From Octopus sinensis (lineage: Eukaryota), in assembly GCF_006345805.1 (NCBI RefSeq), contig NW_021829278.1:1-6441 (forward strand): a stretch of 6,441 nucleotides of DNA. Direction: 5' to 3'. Shown piece after piece: positions 1-5,957 of this stretch. Every line of letters starts with the position of its first letter. Positions within the stretch are counted from its first letter, which is position 1. A program made the position numbers and the translations under genes. The notes beneath the pieces are model-generated. The model did not search any database. It was not told the DNA's origin and saw only the letters and a list, made by a program, of their open reading frames with translations.

Positions 1-178
1 ATGTATGTATATATGTGTGTATGTATGCATGCATGCACGTATGTATGTATGTATATATGTATGCATATATGCATGTATATATGTATGTATATATGTATGT
101 ATATGTATATATGTATCTATATATGTATGTATGTATGTGTGTGTGTATGTATGTGTATGTGCATGTATGTATACATTA
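1..178. repeat. Compound (TATG)n/(TA)n/(TG)n microsatellite
   Basis: Direct inspection; it produces the low-complexity starts of the ORFs at 1, 5 and 15. Confidence 0.95.
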
Positions 179-255
179 TATGTGCAGATTTGTATGTTTT
201 ATTTTATGTGTCTTCTCAAGCATATACTTGCATGTTTGGACATGCGCATACATAC

Positions 256-840
256 TCAAATGATAAACTTCTGGAAAATTTTACAGATTTTCACAGTTCC
301 AGTGATGGCTTGGATCTGTAGTCTCCGAATCAGCTTTCTCCTTTCTACTTTTGGGAAGCTTAATTTCTCAAGATTACTATTTAGGCAGTGTGTTACATAT
401 CCCAGTGCCCCAATATTTACAGGTATAAACCTGAACTGGGTTAAGTAGCTGTAAAGTAGCTTTAAAGTACCCTGTAAAGCTGTAAAGTACCCCTGAACTG
501 GGTAAAGTAGCAGTAAAGTAGCTACAAATCTGGGTAAAGTAATTGTAATTTCCTCAATAGTTCAGCGAGGGTATTTTCTTTTTCACTGATCTTTAGTGTT
601 ATGTTAACATCCGTTGGACTATGCAGTTTCTCTTCTCTATGGCAGATCATTTTTCCGGGTATATTATGTTTAAATATTATTGGGGTCTTCACTGGGACAT
701 TCCACCAGTGCTCCTTCTTATTATCAGTGGCGATGGCTTTTTTTAGATATTTTGAGTTCTTATTTCTTTGGATTCGAAGGCATCCTTCCGACGAATCATA
801 TTAAAATCAGCTACACCATATCACATCGGTAGATAATTCC
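256..840 (-). mobile_element. Decayed C-terminal restriction-like endonuclease (RLE) region of an R4/Dong-like non-LTR retrotransposon ORF
   Basis: Manual minus-strand translation in three frames gives YLPM*YGVADFNMIRRKDAFESKEIRTQ, then LKKAIATDNKKEHWWNVPVKTPIIFKHNIPGKMICHREEKLHSPTDVNITLKISEKENTLAELLRKLQLLYPD, then FIPVNIGALGYVTHCLNSNLEKLSFPKVERRKLIRRLQIQAITGTVKICKIFQKFII* (429..259, TGA at 258-256). This matches the RLE order RHD ... WW ... HNRPD ... K ... P(V/I)(I/V)IGALG ... LQ...GT. RHD reads *YG (TGA TAT GGT), PD reads PG, and the acidic catalytic segment appears deleted. Confidence 0.85.
430..541. repeat. Local mosaic duplication inside the LINE relic (GTAAAGTA core; 32-bp direct repeat)
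   Basis: CCTGAACTGGGT(T/A)AAGTAGC(T/A)GTAAAGTAGCT occurs at 430-461 and 492-523 (30/32 identical). GTAAAGTA occurs at 451, 482, 502, 513 and 534. Confidence 0.85.
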
Positions 841-1070
841 TATTTCTTTACTACCCACAAGGGGCTAAACACAGAGAGGACAAACAAGGACAGACAAATG
901 GACTGAATCGATTATATCGAATCCAGTGCGTAACTGGTACTTATTTAATCGATGCCGAAAGGATGAAAGGCAAAGTCGACCTCGATGGGATTTGAACCCA
1001 GAACGTAACGGCAGACGAAATACGGCTACGCATTTCGCCCGGCGTGCTAACATTTCTGCCAGCTCGCCGC
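841..1070 (-). mobile_element. Full-length tRNA-derived SINE, family A copy A1 (octopus OR2-like from memory), 'AAAGAAATA' tail subtype
   Basis: Head GGCGGCGAGCTGGCAGAAATGTTAG (A-box-like), B-box GGGTTCAAATCC and core GCCTTTCATCCTTTCGG. It is flanked by a 17-bp TSD: 824-840 CATCGGTAGATAATTCC and 1071-1087 CATCGGTAGATAATACC (16/17). It aligns closely with 4362-4595. Confidence 0.9.
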
Positions 1071-1097
1071 CATCGGTAGATAATACCGTGATGGCAA
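1071..1097 (-). mobile_element. Continuation of the RLE LINE relic upstream of the A1 insertion
   Basis: Removing A1 and one TSD copy restores the in-frame minus-strand peptide LPSRYYLPM*YGVA, leading into the degenerate RHD motif. Confidence 0.7.
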
Positions 1098-1144
1098 GTG
1101 TGTGTGTGTGTGTGTGTGGTGTGTGTGTGTGTGTGTGTGTGTGT
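1098..1144. repeat. (GT)n microsatellite
   Basis: Direct inspection; one interruption near 1118-1119. Confidence 0.95.
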
Positions 1145-1147
1145 ATC

Positions 1148-1178
1148 AGGTACAAACATGGCTGTGTGGTAAGAAGTT
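1148..1178 (+). mobile_element. Short 5' head fragment (A-box only) of SINE family B
   Basis: TGGCTGTGTGGTAAG at 1159-1173 is the reverse complement of CTTACCACACAGCCA at 6353-6367 in the B3 head. Similarity stops by about 1178. Confidence 0.55.
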
Positions 1179-1653
1179 AACAACACACTTAACTTCTTCA
1201 ACCTCACCCGGAATGGAGATCTATATGGAGGTTGATGTTCTGTAATTTGATGTTAGCAAAACAATGGCAGAGACGGAAGTTGAGGAGATGGTACCTCAGG
1301 CCACATTGCAGTTGGCCACATTAGTGTCCAATTTGTTTAGACAAATAGGAGGACCAGTAGGTGTTTTCAATCAGGACTCACGCCATTAGCCAAAAAAGAA
1401 TAATCTCTAATTCGAGCCTACTCTAAGCTACTAAAAGAATGCGTGCGGCAACTTGAAGATCCACCCACCACACGCGGTAGACTGGCGGTTGCACGGGCGC
1501 GAAAGCTACGTTGTAATCCGCATTCCGTAAACGGTGGCTTTTAACGGGTGAAGAGCTGAACCATCCTGGGGTATAGAGGATTCGCAATCTAGACTAGGGT
1601 CTGAAAGTTTACCACACCATAGTGGGTTACACCATGGTTCCTCTGCTTTGTGG

Positions 1654-1847
1654 CAGAAGTAGGAAGAAAGAGCGAGAGAAAGTTGTGGTGAAAGAGTACA
1701 GCGGGGTTCACCACCACCCCGCGCCGGAGCCTCGTGGAGCCTCGGTGTTTTTGCTCAATAAACACTCACAATGCGCGGTCTGGGAATCGAAACCGCTTTC
1801 TTACGACCGCGAGTCCGCTGCCCTAACTTCTGGGCCATTGCGCCTCC
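1654..1847 (-). mobile_element. 3'-truncated tRNA-derived SINE, third family (octopus OR1-like from memory)
   Basis: The minus strand reads GGAGGCGCAATGGCCCAGAAGTTAGGGCAGCGGACTCGCGGTCG, with an A-box at 1837-1827 and a B-box GGTTTCGATTCC at 1794-1783. A body GTGAGTGTTTATTGAGC...CTGTACTCTTTCACCACAACTTTCTCTC follows. The 3' boundary is approximate and rests on a recalled consensus. Confidence 0.8.
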
Positions 1848-1887
1848 ACAATAGGTGTTTTGGGGTGTTGTTATTATTGTTACTGAT

Positions 1888-2093
1888 AAGGTGGCGAGCT
1901 GGCAGAATCGTAAGCGCGCAGGACAAAATCCGTCTTTAGGTTCTGAGTTCAAATCCCGCCGAGTGCGACTTTGCTATTGGTCCTTTCGGGGTCGATGAAA
2001 TAAATACCGGTTAAGTACTGGGGGCTGATGAAATCGACTAGCACCCTCCCCCAAATTTTCAGGCCTTGTACCTACGGTAGAAAGGGTTATTAT
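1888..2093 (+). mobile_element. SINE family A copy A2 ('GTAGAAAGG-TTATT' tail subtype) with an internal deletion of about 17 bp
   Basis: AAGGTGGCGAGCTGGCAGAATCG head, GAGTTCAAATCC B-box and TCCTTTCGGGGTCGAT core. It lacks the GCTTAGCGGCATTTCGT segment seen at 2143-2159. Confidence 0.85.
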
Positions 2094-2102
2094 GCATATA
2101 TA

Positions 2103-2296
2103 AGCGACGAGCTGTTAGAATTGTTACCGCGTCGGTATATATGCTTAGCGGCATTTCGTCCGTCTTCATGTTTTGAGTTCAAATTCCACCGAGGTCGGCT
2201 TTGCCTTTCATCATTTCGTGGTCGATAAAATAAGTACCGGTTGAGCACTTACCTCCTCGCGCGATATTGCTGGCCTTGTACCAAAATTTGAAATCA
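2103..2296 (+). mobile_element. SINE family A copy A3 ('CCAAAATTTGAAA' tail subtype), inserted in the tail of A2
   Basis: Decayed head GCGACGAGCTGTTAGAA, B-box GAGTTCAAATTCC and core GCCTTTCATCATTTCGTGGTCGATAAAATAAGTACC. Flanked by TTATTATGCATATATA (2087-2102) and TTATTATGCATAAATA (2297-2312), 15/16 identical. Confidence 0.85.
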
Positions 2297-2308
2297 TTAT
2301 TATGCATA

Positions 2309-2428
2309 AATATGTATGCATGTATATATATCCATATATATATATATATATATTAATATATATATATATATATAATATATATATATATATGTGTATATAT
2401 ATAGATATATATATATATATATATTATA

Positions 2429-2464
<36 letters not shown>

Positions 2465-2529
2465 AATATATATATATATACATATATATATAATATATAA
2501 TAATATAATATATATATATATATTATATA

Positions 2530-2576
<47 letters not shown>

Positions 2577-2629
2577 GTGTGTGCATACATACATACATAT
2601 TTATGTGTGTGTGTATATAGACATATATA
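2309..2629. repeat. Degenerate (TA)n microsatellite with TG/CATA patches
   Basis: Direct inspection. Confidence 0.95.
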
Positions 2630-2666
2630 ATGAGATCGCTTGTTTACAAAACTATGATTAGTGACT

Positions 2667-2710
2667 GATTTGGCTGCTATTTCTAGCAGGTCGTGTGACC
2701 ACCTTAGAGA
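2667..2710. mobile_element. Possible short fragment of another interspersed repeat
   Basis: GATTTGGCTGCTATTTCTAGCAGGTCG resembles a motif I recall from octopus repeats. There is no second copy in this window to confirm it. Confidence 0.3.
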
Positions 2711-2921
2711 GAGTCACATAGGGTAGCCAGTGCTTATAATGTGTCGATGGGAAAGTACTTGCTAATCACTTTTTTAATTATATTTATGTGTAGTACTAAT
2801 TATGCGCTTGCACTAGTTAGTCATCTCCAATAATTAGCTATAAAACTACATATATATACTCATGTGTAGACACCCATGCGTATATGTATCGAGATTGAGG
2901 GAGAGAAGGGGGGAAGAGAGC

Positions 2922-2996
2922 TTATGCATTTGTATGTGTGTGTGTGTGTGTGTGTGTATGCGTGCTTCTACATAAACAGACACACACGCACACATA
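2922..2996. repeat. (TG)n followed by (CA)-rich simple repeat
   Basis: Direct inspection. Confidence 0.85.
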
Positions 2997-3002
2997 AATG
3001 GT

Positions 3003-3075
3003 TAGGTAGATAGATATGTAGGTAGATAGACAGAGAGATAAATAGACAGACAGACAGACAGACACACACACACAC

Positions 3076-3139
<64 letters not shown>

Positions 3140-3178
3140 GACAGACAGATAGACAGATTGACAGAGACACTGACAGAT
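3003..3178. repeat. (GATA)n/(GACA)n microsatellite
   Basis: 15 perfect GATA units at 3077-3136, flanked by GACA/CA variants. Confidence 0.95.
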
Positions 3179-3189
3179 AATCTTTATCA

Positions 3190-3421
3190 TGCGTATATAT
3201 ATATATATATAATATATATATATGCATATATATATGTATATATATATATATACATTTGTATATATATATATATGTATATAAATATATATGTATATATATA
3301 TATATATGTATATACATATATATATGTATATATATGTATATATATATATGTATATATGTGTATATGTATACATGTATATATATATACATATATATATATA
3401 TCCATTATGTATATATGTATA
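3190..3421. repeat. (TA)n/(TATG) microsatellite
   Basis: Direct inspection. Confidence 0.95.
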
Positions 3422-3606
3422 TACTCTTTACTCTTTTACTTGTTTCAGTCATTTGACTGTGGCCATGCTGGAGCACCGCCTTTAGTCGAGCAAATCGACC
3501 CCGGGACTTATTCTATCGGTCTATTTTTGCCGAACCGCTAAGTGACGGGGACGTAAACACACCAGCATCGGTTGTCAAGCAATGCTAGGGGAACAAACAC
3601 AGACAC
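3422..3606 (-). mobile_element. 3' half of SINE family B (octopus OK-like from memory), copy B1
   Basis: Aligns closely with 5958-6176. It has a TACTCTT(T) tail, a CAGTCA-TT-TGACTG stem-loop at 3446-3459, and a 22-bp deletion between the two ACTTATTCT repeats present in B3. Confidence 0.9.
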
Positions 3607-3754
3607 GTGCCCGTAACTTAGCGGTTCGGTAAAAGAGAGAGATAGAATAAGTACTAAGCTCACAAAGAAAAAGTTCTAGGGTCGATTTGTTCGACTAAAG
3701 GCGGTGCTCCAGCATGGCCCAGTCAAATGACTGAAACAAGTAAAAGACTAAAAA
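3606..3754 (+). mobile_element. 5'-truncated SINE family B copy B2, inverted relative to B1
   Basis: CCGTAACTTAGCGGTTCGG...GAAACAAGTAAAAGA is the reverse complement of the B1/B3 3' region, and it retains the 22-bp segment missing from B1. Confidence 0.9.
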
Positions 3755-3758
3755 TATA

Positions 3759-3796
<38 letters not shown>
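3755..3796. repeat. (TA)n microsatellite, probably the central spacer of a B-family SINE
   Basis: It ends in TATATACAAACAT, the same context that precedes the B3 head at about 6201-6213. Confidence 0.85.
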
Positions 3797-3961
3797 CAAA
3801 CATGATGGGCTTCCGCACAGTTTCCATCTACCAAACTCCGTTACAAGACATTGATTGATCTGTTCGGAGATATAATGGAAGATACTCTCTTCAACTTCAG
3901 CACCGGATTGAACCTGAAACCACGTCGTTCGCAAACAGAGTTTCGTAACCACACAGCAATG
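3797..3961 (-). mobile_element. Strongly diverged 5' half (tRNA head) of SINE family B
   Basis: GGGCTTCC..CAGTTTCCATCTACCAAA...GGATTGAACCTGAAACCA...ACCACACAGC is collinear with 6219-6365 but has many substitutions and indels. Confidence 0.75.
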
Positions 3962-4012
3962 CAGTTTTGTTGTTTATCAGATATTATTCGATACATTCTT
4001 ATGCCCACTTAC

Positions 4013-4177
4013 TCCTTTTCTACTCTTGGCACAAGGCCCGAAATTTTATGGAAGGGGCCAGTCGATTAGATTGACCCCAGTAGGCAACCGGTACTTAATT
4101 TATCGACCCCGAATAGATGAAAGGCAAAGTCGACCTCGGCGGAATTTGAACTCAGAACGTAAAGACAGACGAAATAC
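4013..4177 (-). mobile_element. SINE family A copy A4, head-less, 'GTAGAAAAGG' tail subtype (like A2)
   Basis: Tail, core and B-box (GGAATTTGAACTC on +) are present. It ends at GACGAAATAC (4168-4177). Confidence 0.9.
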
Positions 4178-4361
4178 TTCTCTCTTTACTACCCACGAGG
4201 GGCTAAACACAGAGAGGACAAACAAGGACAGACAAAGGGATTAAGTCGATTATATCAACCCCAGTGCGTAACTGGTACTTATTTAATCGACCCCGAAAGG
4301 ATGAAAGGCAAAGTCGACCTCGGCGGAATTTGAACTCAGAACGTGGCAGCAGACGAAATAC
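4178..4361 (-). mobile_element. SINE family A copy A5, head-less 184-bp unit, A1-type tail
   Basis: Aligns without gaps to 4362-4545 (about 15 differences by manual count). It ends at GACGAAATAC (4352-4361). Confidence 0.92.
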
Positions 4362-4595
4362 CTATTTCTTTACTACCCACGATGGGCTAAACACAGGGAG
4401 GACAAACAAGGACGGAGAAACGGATTAAGTCGATTATATCGACCCCAGTGCATAACTGGTACTTATTTAATCGACCCCGAAAGGATGAAAGGCAAAGACG
4501 ACCTCGGCGGAATTTGAACTCAGAACGTAGCGGCGAACGAAATACCGCTAAGCATTTCGCCCGGCGTGCTAACGTTTCTGCCAGCTCGCCACCTT
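4362..4595 (-). mobile_element. SINE family A copy A6, full length, A1-type tail
   Basis: Complete head (AAGGTGGCGAGCTGGCAGAAACGTTAGCACGCCGGGCGAAATGCTTAGCGGTATTTCG on -), B-box GAGTTCAAATTCC, core and tail AAAGAAATAG. Confidence 0.93.
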
Positions 4596-4615
4596 CCTAC
4601 GCCCCTTTATTACTG

Positions 4616-4833
4616 CTTCCATGTTTTTTTCTGTCCGTGTGTCACTATTTCGCTCCACTCGCCATGGTTTCGTCGAAATTGCTTGAAATAGTTTGTATAA
4701 AGTCAGTGAAAATAATGCTTAAACAAGCAATAGGCCTAGGGTCCCCTGCCAAGTCTGTGTTTTCATTCCTGACTACAATATTTGCCCATGCTACAGCAAA
4801 AACCAATTTGATATTGTCAGTGTAACCTTCCAT
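4616..4833 (-). mobile_element. Probable heavily decayed N-terminal reverse-transcriptase fragment of a non-LTR retrotransposon
   Basis: Minus-strand RNENTDLAGDPRPIACLSII (RPIACL at 4737-4720) resembles the K(N)...NYRPI(A/S)CL motif. Neighbouring frames give TLTISNWF upstream and YTNYFKQFRRNHGEWSEIVTHGQKKTW downstream, similar to YT...DH....I....Q...KK..W. Several frameshifts must be assumed. Confidence 0.5.
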
Positions 4834-4871
4834 AGTCCTTTTAACTATACACCTCAGTGGTTTTCTGTTTG

Positions 4872-4903
4872 AATGTGTGTATGTACGCACGTATGTATGT
4901 ATG

Positions 4904-4934
<31 letters not shown>

Positions 4935-5155
4935 GTATGTACGTATGTATGTACGTATGTATGTATGTATGTATGTATGTATATACGCACGTATGCATGT
5001 ACGTATGTATGTATGTATGTATGTATGTATGTATGTATGTACGTACGTACGTATGTATGTATGAATGTATGTATGTATGTATGTATGTATGTTTGTTTGA
5101 ATGTATGTATATATGAATGAATGTATGAATGATGAATGAATGAATGAATGTATGT

Positions 5156-5209
<54 letters not shown>

Positions 5210-5354
5210 CGTGCACACAGACATACACACACATATATGAATGTATATGTATATGTAGGTCTGTATGTGTAAGTCTGTATCATTGCACGTACGTAGGTAC
5301 GTGGATGAAGGCTCGTTTGTATATACGCATATATACGTATGAATGCACGTATGT

Positions 5355-5394
<40 letters not shown>

Positions 5395-5514
5395 CATACA
5401 TACATACATACATACATACAACATACACATACACAACACACACACCACACACATATATATATTATATATATATACATATATACATATATATACACAGACA
5501 CATACACACATATG

Positions 5515-5545
<31 letters not shown>

Positions 5546-5555
5546 GCACGCGCAT

Positions 5556-5586
<31 letters not shown>

Positions 5587-5596
5587 CGTGCGTGTG
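4872..5596. repeat. Large compound microsatellite: (TATG/TACG)n, (TGAA)n, (TA)n, (TG)n, (CATA)n, (CA)n
   Basis: Direct inspection; it is the source of the overlapping low-complexity ORFs, including most of the 325-aa one. Confidence 0.97.
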
Positions 5597-5957
5597 AAAT
5601 GATACTTAACCTTCTCAATCAATACTACAAATAGAGGATGCCGTAATTAGGTGAATGAGTCTCAGACAAAATTCATTAACAAATTGGAAAGAGACCAAAT
5701 TTCCAACCATGCCCAACCTCTGTCCATTCCCTCTCTTGTGTTTCCCATAAATTAATTGAAGTTTTTGTTATCCTATTACTCAATAGGTGCATAGAAATGT
5801 CATATAGATTTGTATGATAGTGGTAGTTGTAGTGGAATACCATTTATAGTTATGTAACCGCTACAGGTGTATAGAAACCTTTTATCCTGATATATGACAT
5901 AACAAATTTAGGCGTTTTGTAGCATCTTAAATCGCTATTTTATCACGGCTAGAGGTA

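Noticed and set aside
287-422. Possible plus-strand exon (TTTTACAG acceptor, AG|GTATAA donor)
   Set aside because: The peptide is unrecognisable and the donor is weak. The opposite strand gives a clear RLE endonuclease C-terminus.
1-448. ORFs 1..321, 5..448 and 15..263 (+)
   Set aside because: They begin in microsatellite-derived sequence, and the remainder is antisense to the LINE relic.
601-804. 67-aa plus-strand ORF
   Set aside because: It is the antisense of the LINE endonuclease relic.
1264-1389. 41-aa ORF MAETEVEEMVPQATLQ...
   Set aside because: It is short, has no recognisable motif and has no supporting splice or promoter evidence.
1783-1847. tRNA gene
   Set aside because: A and B boxes are present, but I could not fold a convincing cloverleaf, and it continues into a SINE body. 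The same applies to the family A and B heads.
865-2228. ORFs at 865, 926, 941, 1622, 1755 and 2028
   Set aside because: They are chance frames across SINE and GT-repeat sequence; the same peptide pieces recur in other SINE copies (for example 4026 and 4448).
2300-3485. Many Y/I/H/C/V-rich ORFs
   Set aside because: These are translations of TA, TG and GATA microsatellites, which lack stop codons in some frames.
3422-3754. Twin-priming inversion, or a MITE with terminal inverted repeats
   Set aside because: Both arms contain the same 3' tail, whereas twin priming gives non-overlapping segments. B2 also has 22 bp that B1 lacks, and the arms are recognisable SINE 3' ends.
4013-4595. CRISPR-like or satellite array
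   Set aside because: There is no repeat-spacer alternation. The units are 184-bp SINE bodies in a eukaryotic context.
4645-5634. 325-aa and 203-aa ORFs and their overlapping ORFs as genes
   Set aside because: Most of their length is microsatellite. Only the last ~70 aa of the 325-aa ORF is complex, and that part is better explained as a decayed RT fragment.
5597-5957. Possible minus-strand exon ending at an AG|GTTAAGT donor (about 5601-5612)
   Set aside because: The donor is non-consensus, and the frames I checked have stops and no recognisable peptide. Left as unassigned unique sequence.
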